Below, piece by piece: positions 21,792 to 32,553 of a DNA stretch of 64,000 bases (position 1 is the first letter of the stretch; each line of letters starts with the position of its first letter). The position numbers and the translations under genes are program-made. The notes below the pieces were generated by a model. It was not told where the DNA came from. It saw nothing but the letters and a program-made list of their open reading frames with translations, and ran no database searches. The stretch covers positions 32,001 through 96,000 of the IMG/VR virus record IMGVR_UViG_3300032073_000007, one strand, 5' to 3'. The stretch comes from a virus.

Positions 21792-21794
21792 TAT

Positions 21795-22232
21795 TTAAAA
21801 GCCGTCCTTAAATAACCTTACAGTAGAATCATAGTCTGGGGAACTTGGATCTAAAATTGGTTTAGCAGAACCTTGAACAGTAACGTTATGTTTTTGCACA
21901 TAAAAATCAAACGACTTCATCAAAGACTTCCTAAGTAGATTCATATTCCTTTCTCTAGGAACCCCTACCCTAGCAGCTAAATCAGTTAATTCTGAAGCCG
22001 AGGATGCCTCTACGCGCTGTTTGAATATGTCTCGGTGCAAAGTTCCATATGGATTCATTTGAGGCATTCCTAGGAGTTCCTCAAGCTCTTTGACTTTTTC
22101 GATTTGCTCTTCTTTTTTACTTCGATCTTTGCCATCTGTTACATCGAATTCCTCCAAGTGTTTTTTCTCAATTCCTTTAGAAACTGGCATAGCCTCAAGA
22201 CTCTTGTTTTTAGCACTCTTCTTTTTACTCAT
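21795..22232 (-). CDS. Hypothetical protein
   Basis: 145-aa ORF within the operon. Confidence 0.6.
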   Translation of the reverse strand: MSKKKSAKNKSLEAMPVSKGIEKKHLEEFDVTDGKDRSKKEEQIEKVKELEELLGMPQMNPYGTLHRDIFKQRVEASSASELTDLAARVGVPRERNMNLLRKSLMKSFDFYVQKHNVTVQGSAKPILDPSSPDYDSTVRLFKDGF

Positions 22233-22266
22233 AATATATAATACCTAAATTTTGATATAAATCAAT

Positions 22267-22301
22267 AAAAAAGAGCCGCCCCTTTCGAGGCGACTCTCTT
22301 T
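22267..22301 (-). terminator. Terminator after the major capsid gene
   Basis: AAAAAAGAGCCGCC...GGCGACTCTCTTT hairpin. Confidence 0.65.
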
Positions 22302-22320
22302 ATAAGTGTTATGGTCTTGC

Positions 22321-23460
22321 TTATACGCAAAGTCCGATAAGAGCAGTATTGTCGATGCAAATACGACCCTCTTCAACTTTACCGTAGTAACCAATCTTGT
22401 TCTGACGAACAGAGAACTGGTCATCAACAAGAACTTGAAGCTCAGATGGAGATCCTTCACCAACAACAACAGGGCGAATAAGGGAATCCTTACTCCTGTC
22501 GATACCGATAACAATCTCGTCATCACCTGTTACCCAAGTTCCAGAACCACCACCACCGATAACAGTAGCACCTTCAGATGCAACGATAGCACCAAAGAGC
22601 TTGTTAAACAGTTGGCCGTTACCCATCTGGTTGATTTCCATGATGTTAATACCATAGAAGGAAGGAAGACCAGCAGCGCTGTAAAGCTCTTGACGAAGGG
22701 CTTCTGGAGCCATTTGTCCGTCAGCGGGAGTTCCACCAACAGGAGCAGCAGCAGTGCTTACAGGGTTGTAAGCCATTGCGCGGAGTTCCTCAACCATTTC
22801 TGGAGAAACCAGAAGGTCGGTGATACCAGACTTAACGCCACCAACAGGAGTTCCTCCACTGAAGGAACTGTTGATACGCTTACTCTTGGTGATCAAGTTA
22901 TTGAAGTCAGCAAGAACAAAACGATCTGCTGCTGCGGAACCAATGATGCTTCCACCAGCGGAACCACTTGTTCCAGTAGCTTTAACCAGAGCGGTTGCAA
23001 GCACGTTGAAAGCAGTTTTCGTTTGTTTCATTAAAACTTCTTGAGCCATCCGAGTGAAGGTCTTGCTAACAACATCAAGACGCGCCTTACGGACATACTT
23101 GCGATCAAATGCAAGCGCACTGTCCAAGGTGTAAGTCGAGAACTTGAGTTCGTTGTGAGCAGGGAATACCTGACTATAAGGAAGGCCACCAGCGACCTGT
23201 TGAGAATACACCTCGATGTAATCCTCACCAGTGATATCGTGGAAAAGGTCTAAGGGCAAAGAAGGATTGTCATCTTCTCCATAGGAAAGGCTGGTATACA
23301 GATTTCCAATGGTAGGAGCGTTATTAATAACTTCCGAAACGACTGGTCCAAGCAAGTCTGCGACTGCTGCCTGTGCCTCATAAGCCTCTTCACGATTATT
23401 AGATCCCATTGCTCGGATAAGAGCTAACTGATCTTCAGTTCTTTTAATTGTGATTTTCAT
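22321..23460 (-). CDS. Major capsid protein
   Basis: 379 aa; follows portal, protease and decoration genes; elevated GC; followed by a terminator. Confidence 0.75.
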   Translation of the reverse strand: MKITIKRTEDQLALIRAMGSNNREEAYEAQAAVADLLGPVVSEVINNAPTIGNLYTSLSYGEDDNPSLPLDLFHDITGEDYIEVYSQQVAGGLPYSQVFPAHNELKFSTYTLDSALAFDRKYVRKARLDVVSKTFTRMAQEVLMKQTKTAFNVLATALVKATGTSGSAGGSIIGSAAADRFVLADFNNLITKSKRINSSFSGGTPVGGVKSGITDLLVSPEMVEELRAMAYNPVSTAAAPVGGTPADGQMAPEALRQELYSAAGLPSFYGINIMEINQMGNGQLFNKLFGAIVASEGATVIGGGGSGTWVTGDDEIVIGIDRSKDSLIRPVVVGEGSPSELQVLVDDQFSVRQNKIGYYGKVEEGRICIDNTALIGLCV

Positions 23461-23472
23461 GATCGTAAAATA

Positions 23473-24102
23473 TTAGCAGCTAAGTTTAAGAATTGCGTAT
23501 GCACCAGCGAAAGCATCGGTAGTGCTACCTTGAGATTCCCTATTACCAGTAGCGATAAAGGTTCCGATAGAGTGAACGTGATGCTGACCGTGGGTAGCAG
23601 CAGTGCTGGTCACTCCAGTGATGGTTCCATTTAAAGAAGGAACAGCATATTGGTTGACTGTAGGTGAAACACCGTTAGTCAAACCCCTTGTGTTAATAGT
23701 GAAGATCCCTTTCGTAGCGATAGGAACAGCTTCACCAGAAACAACACACTGAAGTTCTTCTTTTTTCTGTGGATAATAAAGTAAATTCTCTCCATTTTCA
23801 TCCTTATTACGAACATCTCGTAAAAGAATTCCCAAAGCCTTTTCGTTGCCTCCAGTTGATTCCATTTTAGTTACCTTATAAGGAACCTCTGGATAGAGCG
23901 AAAGACCCTTGCCTAAAGTATTGAGGAACGAGTCAGAATCGCCTCGCTCAACATACTGGACAGGCTCATTATCTAAGTTAGCAGCGCTAACTTTGACAAC
24001 GGAACCTGCTTCACCTGTTTCGGCATCGAGAGAATAGAAGTTAATAACATCATTCTCGTCATATTGACGAAACGGCAATAAACGTGTAATTTCGTTAGCC
24101 AT
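23473..24102 (-). CDS. Putative capsid decoration/cement protein
   Basis: 209 aa between scaffold and capsid genes; ALGILL...VPIATKG pattern. Confidence 0.55.
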   Translation of the reverse strand: MANEITRLLPFRQYDENDVINFYSLDAETGEAGSVVKVSAANLDNEPVQYVERGDSDSFLNTLGKGLSLYPEVPYKVTKMESTGGNEKALGILLRDVRNKDENGENLLYYPQKKEELQCVVSGEAVPIATKGIFTINTRGLTNGVSPTVNQYAVPSLNGTITGVTSTAATHGQHHVHSIGTFIATGNRESQGSTTDAFAGAYAILKLSC

Positions 24103-24127
24103 AATTGATTAGTTTGTTTTGTTTTTT

Positions 24128-25630
24128 TTAGTTAGAAACTTCTACTGAGAAGTTCTTCTTCAGCCTCTCGACGAAAGAAATTTGTTCGCTAGCTTCTGCG
24201 TTATTATTAGGGATGGAAGCCTCGGCCTCATCTCCTTCAACTTCAAGCGCCTCTTCAGGCTCTTCTTCAGTTGCTTCCACTTCCTCTTCAATGTCATCTC
24301 CCTCTTCACGGCTAGCTACAGCTTCGTCAATGCGAGCTTTAATTTCAGCTTCCTGAGTTTCGATGTTCTTTTTGAGTTTGTGGGCAAAAATAACTTCAAG
24401 CTTATCTTTGTAATTGTTAAAGTCTTCATCGGAAGAACCAAGCTCCTTGACTTCTGCGGTAACTAAGGCAAGCTCTTTTTCATTAAGCTCGTAGTCGCTG
24501 TCAATAAAGTTCATACGGTCATTAAAAAGATCCACAGCGGCTTTGGCCTCTACTTCGTTTTTAAGAGTATTGAGTTCTTCTTTAGTATGCTTGAAAGAGT
24601 CTTGTAACTCTGCAAGCTCCGCTTCGGCTTTAGCCTTGGCTTCCTTTTCAACTTCCATCTTGGATGTCCAAGACTCGTTGTGTTCTACGAGAGTATCACG
24701 GATAGTCTCGCTAACAGTTTTAGCCTCTGAGCCTTCCTTCACTGCGGAAGCAACGCTCTTGGACAACTGAGTAATAAGTTGGTCGAATTGTTCTTTATCC
24801 ATATTAAAAATGTTTTTTAATTTGTTTGACTTTACATTAATATTAGTGTTTCGGGAAATTTTTTCTAATTTTTTATCACTTGAGTCATCTTTAGTTGTAT
24901 AAACTCCTGTGACAGCAGCGGCTGGGTTTTTAGTTAAAGCCGCTCCTAATGGATACGTTTGACCAACAATCAATCTATTAACAGGCTCGCCTTCTGGATT
25001 TTCTCCTTTGCCACCTAAACCCTTGACATATTGTTTTAGGTCTTCTTTTTCTGCACCTGTCACAACAGTTGAATCTTGTAAAAATTTAGATCCAACAGCT
25101 ACTTCAAATTCTTTAAATGCTAATTCCCAGCTAGTAGAAATACTTTGATAGGTTTCGTTATCTTCATTTGAAGCTTCTTCAATTGCCTCTGCTAATTTTG
25201 GGTAAACTGACTTATAAATTAAACCAGCAGCATTCATGTAGAATGGCTCCTTTTTGTCGGCGTAAGATTCAATATCGTTATTTTTAAAGTCAAACTCTCG
25301 TTCTGAGAAGGACGCATTAATCATGTGGCCGACGATTTTATCTTTTTTATGTTCGATATTAATCGGTTTATTGATAAATCTTTTTATAGCAGCTATGGCA
25401 GTCTTAGCGTCGATGCCATCGCCATTTTTGTTGAACTCATTAACTTTTGCTAAGTTAAAGACAACAGGTAAAACATCAATATTTTGATCTGGGTCAAATC
25501 CCTCTGGCAGCAGTGATTCTGCGGCTTCTTGAATATTTGCCTGAGAGAGTCCGAATGCTTCGAACTCTTCATCTTTTATCTCTCTTACCTTGCCTTCAAA
25601 TAAACAAATATTAAAATCATCCAATGACAT
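24128..25630 (-). CDS. Prohead protease-scaffold fusion
   Basis: N-terminal NKNGDG...KPINIEH...IVGH...SISTSWE...GAALTKNPA; C-terminal acidic coiled coil. Confidence 0.75.
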   Translation of the reverse strand: MSLDDFNICLFEGKVREIKDEEFEAFGLSQANIQEAAESLLPEGFDPDQNIDVLPVVFNLAKVNEFNKNGDGIDAKTAIAAIKRFINKPINIEHKKDKIVGHMINASFSEREFDFKNNDIESYADKKEPFYMNAAGLIYKSVYPKLAEAIEEASNEDNETYQSISTSWELAFKEFEVAVGSKFLQDSTVVTGAEKEDLKQYVKGLGGKGENPEGEPVNRLIVGQTYPLGAALTKNPAAAVTGVYTTKDDSSDKKLEKISRNTNINVKSNKLKNIFNMDKEQFDQLITQLSKSVASAVKEGSEAKTVSETIRDTLVEHNESWTSKMEVEKEAKAKAEAELAELQDSFKHTKEELNTLKNEVEAKAAVDLFNDRMNFIDSDYELNEKELALVTAEVKELGSSDEDFNNYKDKLEVIFAHKLKKNIETQEAEIKARIDEAVASREEGDDIEEEVEATEEEPEEALEVEGDEAEASIPNNNAEASEQISFVERLKKNFSVEVSN

Positions 25631-25638
25631 ACTTCTTC

Positions 25639-27600
25639 TTACACAGAAATTTGAGTTGAATGATATAAAATTGCAGAAGACAAGTCATCTAACTGATGTT
25701 GAGAACCCAATTCAAGAACCTTGGCATTGACATTTAATAAACTTATTTTGTCTAAATCTTCTACTATTTCAGTTAAAGTAGGCTCCCATTCACTTGCGTC
25801 TTTTGCTATAACAATAGATTCACAAACTTGAGTAACCATTTCTTTTTTTTGCTTAGACATCCGTTTCAAACCGAATTTAGAAGCAAATTCTTTAAAGGCT
25901 AATAGTTCAAATTCATTTAATCTTTTAGTTGCCTCGACAATATTCTTTTTTGAATAATTTGAGTTTGATACTCCTACTGGTCTACCACCAGAAGGCGAGA
26001 CAGGTTTCTCTTCTTTTTTTTCTGGCTCTGATGAAGTTTCACCATCATCATACAAATTTATTGTATTAACTAAGGGCATGTAGTGTCCCTTTTCTCTATC
26101 GTCTACAAATTTCGTTTGAGCCGCTTCCATATCTTTCCCTTGAGGGAAAACTCCAGTATGAACAACTTGCATCCCTTGTTCTGGGGTAAGAACACCAAGC
26201 TCCATAAGTCTCGTTGCTAGCTTGGACAAGTTATTATCATCCATCGTATCTGTCTTTGCAAACTTCGCTTCTGGGAAGCTACGCAAGCCAGCAGCCTTAC
26301 AGATTCTTCTAATTTCTGGATTAATAAAGTCATGCAAGAAAGATCTCCTAGACTCTTCAAGCCTTTGGAAGAAAACCTTCATTTTCATTGTGGCATCAGA
26401 ATACTTTGAATCGCCAATCAAAACATTTTGCAAACCATCTTCAATGTCTTTGTTAATAACTGCATATTTTTCTGGCCCAACAACTTTTCTAATATCAGGA
26501 ATGATAAAATCTGCTTTAGTAGTATAATCAGAAACAAGCACACGACCTACGCTTTGATTTTTAAATATCTGCTGCATAGCTGCTAGATTTCTATGATTTA
26601 CTCCTCCCTTGTCTGGCTCATTACCCATCGTGACAAGTAACACAACATTCTCAATAGATCTACTAATTGCCTGATCAATGTTTTTTAATTCTATTTTTCT
26701 ATTGATATCGTCTAGAACAGAATAACCGACTGGAACAGCCATCGGCTCATAGTCTTGTTTTTTAGAAAAGACTACATGTAATAACTTAGGATCTAATTTA
26801 ATTTGAATCCTTGTCATTGCATATTGATTCTTCCCGTTGGTAAGTGCTTCTTGCACATCTTTTGGTAAAGATTTAAACATCTCTAACTCATGATCTGTCT
26901 CTGGTTTTTGGAGCCTAGAGATCTCAAAAGGAGTTAAGACTTTGAAATATTCATAACCACTAAAAGAAACCGAACCTTTGGTCGCTATATCTGTAGGGTT
27001 AATCAGTAAATATTTTATAGGAATTTCTTTTCTCGCGCTTGCCCCATATGCCTCCAACATTTTTTGAGAGTTTTTGAGTGGTATTTTTCCATCCACTCTA
27101 TAAAAGAAGACATTTCCCGATCTGTAATATTCTCTAAAATATTGTTCTTTTAAGTTGTGCATCCTGATTCTCTTGAACCAAGCATCAATAAATTTTCTTG
27201 ATTTATCATTACCCCCCTCTAAATAAATATCAGAGTCTGCAAACTCAGACAATAGATCTACAGTCCCCCTAAATGACGAAATATTAAAGTAAGCTTTCTG
27301 ACAAAGTTCTACCGCCTCCCTAGTGTCTGCCCCTCCTTTTTCATAATTAAAGGGTAAAATACCATTTTTAATATTTTCAAATTTGTTATCTAACCCCAAA
27401 GTCGCTACTGCGTTGGTTCGCGCCTTTGTTCTGGCTGTTGGAGAAGTCAAACGTGAAGCCTCGCTTGAACTAAAAATAGGTTCGCCAATTAGCTCTGGGC
27501 TAAAACCATCTTCTTGTGGGTTTAATAAATTTTCTATGGGAGTATCCGTCTTGTTGAATTTTTCCCAATACTCTGATCTTTTGGTATATTTACGAGGCAT
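25639..27600 (-). CDS. Portal protein
   Basis: About 653 aa from ATG 27600; directly after the terminase; FREYYRSGNVFFY motif. Confidence 0.75.
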   Translation of the reverse strand: MPRKYTKRSEYWEKFNKTDTPIENLLNPQEDGFSPELIGEPIFSSSEASRLTSPTARTKARTNAVATLGLDNKFENIKNGILPFNYEKGGADTREAVELCQKAYFNISSFRGTVDLLSEFADSDIYLEGGNDKSRKFIDAWFKRIRMHNLKEQYFREYYRSGNVFFYRVDGKIPLKNSQKMLEAYGASARKEIPIKYLLINPTDIATKGSVSFSGYEYFKVLTPFEISRLQKPETDHELEMFKSLPKDVQEALTNGKNQYAMTRIQIKLDPKLLHVVFSKKQDYEPMAVPVGYSVLDDINRKIELKNIDQAISRSIENVVLLVTMGNEPDKGGVNHRNLAAMQQIFKNQSVGRVLVSDYTTKADFIIPDIRKVVGPEKYAVINKDIEDGLQNVLIGDSKYSDATMKMKVFFQRLEESRRSFLHDFINPEIRRICKAAGLRSFPEAKFAKTDTMDDNNLSKLATRLMELGVLTPEQGMQVVHTGVFPQGKDMEAAQTKFVDDREKGHYMPLVNTINLYDDGETSSEPEKKEEKPVSPSGGRPVGVSNSNYSKKNIVEATKRLNEFELLAFKEFASKFGLKRMSKQKKEMVTQVCESIVIAKDASEWEPTLTEIVEDLDKISLLNVNAKVLELGSQHQLDDLSSAILYHSTQISV

Positions 27601-27643
27601 ATGAAAGTTTACACTAAAGTTATAAAAGTTACTTTGAAACTTT

Positions 27644-29539
27644 TCAAATCGCAAAGGGAATAAATGTTCCTTCTGGTTTCTGCTCTAAAGATGCATTCTC
27701 AGCATCAAAGAATACTTTTGCAAACCAATTCCCTAGAACTAAAGAAGAATAAGAGTCTTTTCTAGCTCTATTCGGGCCTTTCTGTCTTCTTAAATTTTGA
27801 GGTAAGTTAAATGATTGAGAGCCTTGGGGGTTAGCAATAACCTCAATGTTAGCGCATTCCGACTTTGTAAGTTCAACCACATACTTTTGGTGGTCTATGA
27901 AATCAATCATCATAGCTCCCTTAGAAGCCTTGGGGGATTTTATGTCCCAGTTTAATTTATCTATAGGCAAATTCTTTTTTCTTTGCTCATCAAAGTGAGA
28001 GTCGATTGCTCTAGAAGCAAATAAAATTCTTTTATGGTCTATCGCTGCTTGCAACATCTCATTGGCATTTCTAATCCAGTTTGATGTAGGTTTTCTTAAG
28101 ATGCAGTAATTCCTTTCTCTTAAGTTATATTGATTTTTAAAACTTGTTATATCTGTATTCCAGTTCTCTGGCTTCTCTAAATCAACATCAATCACACCTA
28201 TGTTTATATTCTCGTTTTTAAACAAAGCACTTTCGTTACAAGAATTTATAAACTGAACTCCTCCATTATAGTCACCACATATACCTACAATATTAAAATG
28301 TTTCAGCAAGTATAGCATATATTCCATATGCTGTTTTAAAGAAACCCCTGCTATGGCATAACCATGAACTAAACAAACTTTTTGTGCTTCTCTGTCTATC
28401 TTGAAGACATGCATAGCAAAATGGTCAGCACTTGTGTTCCCAGCCCAGTTTGGGTCAAAAGATAATAAGTATTCATGACTGGGGTTACCAACTACTTCGA
28501 CAGCGGGTAATTCTCCGTCTGGTATCGTGCAAGCGGCCATCTTTGATAATCTGTAATATCCATCACTCTCATCTATGAATTGTGCGCCAAACTCTCTTTT
28601 AAACTGCATTTCACTCATGGTGGCTTTAGCTTGTTTAAGCAGATTCTGATCGTATAGCATTGATGGGGCGCAGTCGTAACTAAGCTGCATTATTAGCCTA
28701 TAAGCATCATCTTTAAGGGTATCCTCTTCCTCATCTTCTTGCCCATCCCCTTGTCCTTGTATTAACTCTTCATATTTTTTATAGAGTTTATACATATACT
28801 CAAATTTAAATGATGGAGATGAAAGAATAATAAGTTTGTTATTAGGCCATATATATCTATCCTTTTCTCTCATCTCGCCTTTGTCGATTAGACGGGATTC
28901 TAAATTGTATAGTTCCTCCCTCTCGATAGGATTCTCTACCACCCCCAAAAATGGTATAATAACTTCATTAAATATTTTTTCAGGTATCGTTAAGAACTCA
29001 TCCAACACAATCCTATTAAATCGAAATCCACGAAGTCTCTCACCATTAGCTAACGGAAGGGCTATCGCCCTAGCCTTACCTAAAGTCATTGTCCATTGGT
29101 CAGTTCCTTTTGTTATTTTAAATCCACATTCTTTAATTAGACTTGCTTCGGGTTTGCTAATTATATCCTCCATCTTTTGGAAGATTTGTTTAGATTGCCT
29201 AAATGTCCCAGCAATAACCCCTATGTTTGAATTTGGGTTGAGTAGGCACTCCAGTAATACGTAGATCGCAGTAGAGAATGTCTTCGACATACCTCGCGAG
29301 AATACGAACATGGAATAGTCAGAAACCATCATCCCCTTAATAGCCATAGCCTGAAAGGGGAATAACTTAACACCTAAAAATAACTCAGAAGTAAATGCTA
29401 TATTGTTCCGCAAGAACTTATACAGCAAATACTTCGCTTCTTCTTCTTTGATACTGCCATCAATTCCCTTTAGGAACTCGTTGAGTTCCTGAGAGGAATG
29501 CTCAAACCGATATCCTTGTTCTCCCTTTGTCCAAGACAT
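27644..29539 (-). CDS. terL: Terminase large subunit
   Basis: LFPFQ, SRGMSKT (Walker A), LRGFRFNRIVLDE (Walker B), FKREFGAQF, nuclease SFDP ... RKDSYS. Confidence 0.9.
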   Translation of the reverse strand: MSWTKGEQGYRFEHSSQELNEFLKGIDGSIKEEEAKYLLYKFLRNNIAFTSELFLGVKLFPFQAMAIKGMMVSDYSMFVFSRGMSKTFSTAIYVLLECLLNPNSNIGVIAGTFRQSKQIFQKMEDIISKPEASLIKECGFKITKGTDQWTMTLGKARAIALPLANGERLRGFRFNRIVLDEFLTIPEKIFNEVIIPFLGVVENPIEREELYNLESRLIDKGEMREKDRYIWPNNKLIILSSPSFKFEYMYKLYKKYEELIQGQGDGQEDEEEDTLKDDAYRLIMQLSYDCAPSMLYDQNLLKQAKATMSEMQFKREFGAQFIDESDGYYRLSKMAACTIPDGELPAVEVVGNPSHEYLLSFDPNWAGNTSADHFAMHVFKIDREAQKVCLVHGYAIAGVSLKQHMEYMLYLLKHFNIVGICGDYNGGVQFINSCNESALFKNENINIGVIDVDLEKPENWNTDITSFKNQYNLRERNYCILRKPTSNWIRNANEMLQAAIDHKRILFASRAIDSHFDEQRKKNLPIDKLNWDIKSPKASKGAMMIDFIDHQKYVVELTKSECANIEVIANPQGSQSFNLPQNLRRQKGPNRARKDSYSSLVLGNWFAKVFFDAENASLEQKPEGTFIPFAI

Positions 29540-30455
29540 TTACTCGTTCGTCTATAAAATATTGTAAGTCAACATTCCACATAGCTTCTCCGTGATAAAG
29601 AATAAGTGGAATTAGCTTTTTAGCTCCTGCTCTGTTGTGTGCAAAAATGATTTGTATGTTTTTGGGGTAGTCTATAATTAAGTTTCTTATATTGTGCCAT
29701 AGGTAACCAAGATTAGACTTAAACTTAGAAGTCTTGTTGTCTTCTTCTAATTTGTCTATTGTTGTTTCTGCTACAACAAACATGTAAGAGTTAAACTCTA
29801 CGCACCTGTCCATCTCGCGTCGAAACCTGTCAATGTCCTTACCGAAGGTTTGCCTAAAGTCATCTTGTGATTTGCGATCAACAAATGTCTTTGTATATAG
29901 GTCTCCTCTTGCAGTATAGTCTCCGAAGTCTAATTTATTTGTTACAGAGTCTTGAAACTTAAGTGGGGCTTTTTCTCTAGTGTCAGTAAAGATAGGTATA
30001 GTCTGATAGTCATGCTCCCAGAAATCTTTGGGTAGATTTGTATTGAAGTAATTTTCTACCTCAAGTTCTTCTAAGAAGGCAGAATAAGAACCCCAGAACT
30101 TTTTATAGTAAAATATGCTTGCCATCTGCGACAAGTCATAAAAAAGGTTTGGCGGTGATATAGAAATTTCTTTTGATGTAAATTTATCTACTACCTTTTC
30201 TTTGATATATGTTTTGACCTCCTCCTCTGGAGCCGAGTCCATCCATAACTTAAAATTATCATAACAGTTAAAGCTATCCCTAAAATATTGATCATAAGAT
30301 CGAAAAGCCAGTTTTTCACCCGTGTATAGGTCTCTTCGGTCGTAGTGTTTGACATAATAATCTCCTATAGTTAGAGAATGAGCTTTCAAGTGAGCATGGA
30401 AGCTCCTCTTTTTGTCAAACTCTTTACCACATTCTTTACAGACAAAATTGCTCAT
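29502..30455 (-). CDS. C2H2 zinc finger plus ERCC4-type nuclease
   Basis: CKECGKEFDKKRSFHAHLKAH finger; DTRE...KLDFGDY...VDRKS ERCC4 motif. Confidence 0.75.
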   Translation of the reverse strand: MSNFVCKECGKEFDKKRSFHAHLKAHSLTIGDYYVKHYDRRDLYTGEKLAFRSYDQYFRDSFNCYDNFKLWMDSAPEEEVKTYIKEKVVDKFTSKEISISPPNLFYDLSQMASIFYYKKFWGSYSAFLEELEVENYFNTNLPKDFWEHDYQTIPIFTDTREKAPLKFQDSVTNKLDFGDYTARGDLYTKTFVDRKSQDDFRQTFGKDIDRFRREMDRCVEFNSYMFVVAETTIDKLEEDNKTSKFKSNLGYLWHNIRNLIIDYPKNIQIIFAHNRAGAKKLIPLILYHGEAMWNVDLQYFIDERVNVLDKGRTRISV

Positions 30456-31513
30456 AAGATCTCTTTTTTAGATATTCCTAGAATCCGAGCTTTGTAGTCA
30501 TCCATAGACTCAAGTCGGTCAGCTTCTTCTTCGATTAGTTTGTTTTGCATTTCTGCCATCATAATCATCCTATCACGCTCCTCTTTCTCTTGAAATGCCT
30601 CCACTAGCGCAGCAATGCTACCGTTTTGCTCTCCTCTTGCCTTTAAACGCGCCTGACGGCTTCCGTTGAGGTCTTTGGTCAAAGATTCGATTCTTTTCTC
30701 ACATTGATTTAGCTCGTCGCTGGTGGCCTTTATAAGCTCAGTAAGACGCAAGGTTATATCTCGCTCATTTTCTGTGTCATTGAGCATATTGTTCAATCTG
30801 TCGATTCTTTGCTGAATATGCTTCTGACGAACATAGTTCGTGCAAACAGTAATATACAAGTTTAGCTCATCATTTGTTAAATCGGGCTTGTCCCACACCG
30901 TCCGAACAAACTCACTCTCAAATAAGTCTCTATCTGCTATTGTTGAGTATTGATTAATGAAATGAACGAAACGAGGACTCTTCAGGTAGAAGAGAAGCCT
31001 TTCGCACATTTTCTTTTGTTTTGTTTGTATTGATATTTCGTCAAATGTCTGACCAGCCCAATCGTTAACCTTCTTAATGGCCCTAGATAGCGATTTAGGA
31101 GGAGTCCACTTGTCACTAGTGATCATATCATTGTCATCGACAATCTCTGGCCTGTAACTACGGAGAAACTCCATAACCATCCTATGCTGCTGACTAAGTG
31201 GCTGTATCTCTCTATCCCGAAAAGCTAATCTAGTAGCCTCTAAAGCATTCATACCTCTCTCGATGTTATCACTCATCAAGAATTCTCTTTGTTCAGTTGT
31301 TAAATCTATTTCTTCAACTCTTTGTGGTGTGGTGGTATTAAATTCTAAATTATTATTAATTAAAAATGCTCTGACAGCCCGACCCTCCTTAGAACGACCA
31401 TCCAAACTATCGTTTTCAAACACTATTTGTGTGATATGCCTCAAATCTGGATTTTTAACGAACTCTTCTTGTATTTGAGTCTTTTGTTTCTCTGTTAATG
31501 CTAAATTGTTCAT
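30452..31513 (-). CDS. Hypothetical protein, possible terminase small subunit
   Basis: 353 aa with C-terminal coiled coil, upstream of terL. Confidence 0.4.
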   Translation of the reverse strand: MNNLALTEKQKTQIQEEFVKNPDLRHITQIVFENDSLDGRSKEGRAVRAFLINNNLEFNTTTPQRVEEIDLTTEQREFLMSDNIERGMNALEATRLAFRDREIQPLSQQHRMVMEFLRSYRPEIVDDNDMITSDKWTPPKSLSRAIKKVNDWAGQTFDEISIQTKQKKMCERLLFYLKSPRFVHFINQYSTIADRDLFESEFVRTVWDKPDLTNDELNLYITVCTNYVRQKHIQQRIDRLNNMLNDTENERDITLRLTELIKATSDELNQCEKRIESLTKDLNGSRQARLKARGEQNGSIAALVEAFQEKEERDRMIMMAEMQNKLIEEEADRLESMDDYKARILGISKKEIL

Positions 31514-32187
31514 AAAATGTCATTGTTCTTTATAATCTTAAGAGCAATTAAATAAAATTTCTTTTTTAAATTTGCCATCTGTTTGTATCTCGGTTTTTTC
31601 CGCTTGGCAGAGTCGGCTTTGAACCCAAATTTCTTCGCAACATCATTTTCTTCAATGTTCTCGACGTAAAGCATGTAATAAATCTTTTTATGCTTCTCGC
31701 TTAACTGATCCATTACAAGTTTATGCAATTTCTCAGCCGAACCATCATAATCAACAAAATCTTTTATTGTCGCGGTTCCTGTCGAAACACCTTCTTCCAA
31801 AGCTAATGGAAGCTTTATGTTATACGCTCTTTCTTTTTTCTTTTTCCATTTAGCAAAATCAGGGCAAGATTCATCTTGCTCTTGGCTTTTTGTAAATTCA
31901 CAAGAGTTTGCCCCCATATTATGAGGGCAGCGCAAACATGGCTTTGCAAAACTTGAATAATTATTACGAATCAGGTTTTTAATCTGATTTGATATAATCA
32001 TCGAAGCCCAAGGCTTGAATGGGCGAGACTGATCCCAAAGATGCCACTTATTATGTATATGTATTCGGATTATTTGACAAACATCATCATAATCCATCCA
32101 AGCTAAAGCGCTTAGTTGCCATTTTGGTCTATATTTTTTAAGAAGCTCTTCTAAATAATCTCGCTGACTATCAAAATCATTATTCAT
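31510..32187 (-). CDS. Phage RNA polymerase sigma factor (sigma70-family-like)
   Basis: Region 2 DDVCQ...WDQSRPFKPWASMIISNQIKNLIR; region 4 LSEKHKKIYYMLYVE...DVAKKFG. Confidence 0.75.
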   Translation of the reverse strand: MNNDFDSQRDYLEELLKKYRPKWQLSALAWMDYDDVCQIIRIHIHNKWHLWDQSRPFKPWASMIISNQIKNLIRNNYSSFAKPCLRCPHNMGANSCEFTKSQEQDESCPDFAKWKKKKERAYNIKLPLALEEGVSTGTATIKDFVDYDGSAEKLHKLVMDQLSEKHKKIYYMLYVENIEENDVAKKFGFKADSAKRKKPRYKQMANLKKKFYLIALKIIKNNDIL

Positions 32188-32542
32188 CTACATCTCTCAT
32201 CCGAGATGAGGAACAATCTTTAATAGTTTGATCTAAAAGTTCTTTTCCATCAGGATCTTTCGAAGCTGGCCTAGAAAAACTATCTCTTTCCATTCCTGCT
32301 TCGGCAGCAGTAACAGAACCCCAAATTTGTTCAACTGTAGTCTTTTGATTAGAAGACTCTACAACAATGTCTCTTTTTAATTTATCTAAATCAACATCTA
32401 ACTCAGGCTGCTCGTCCACATCTTGTTCTCTTGAAGCCTTGGATAAGCCATCGAGACTCTGCCCACATTCTGGGCAAAACTTAGGCTTCTTTACCTCATA
32501 CAAGATCTTATGTCCACACGATACACAAAAAAGTTTATTCAT
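32180..32542 (-). CDS. Zinc-ribbon protein
   Basis: FCVSCG...KFCPECG. Confidence 0.7.
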   Translation of the reverse strand: MNKLFCVSCGHKILYEVKKPKFCPECGQSLDGLSKASREQDVDEQPELDVDLDKLKRDIVVESSNQKTTVEQIWGSVTAAEAGMERDSFSRPASKDPDGKELLDQTIKDCSSSRMRDVDE

Positions 32543-32553
32543 GGCTAATTTTA

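Noticed and set aside
22306-23034. 242-aa antisense ORF over the capsid gene, and similar short antisense ORFs over tape measure and fibre genes
   Set aside because: Shadow frames produced by codon bias.
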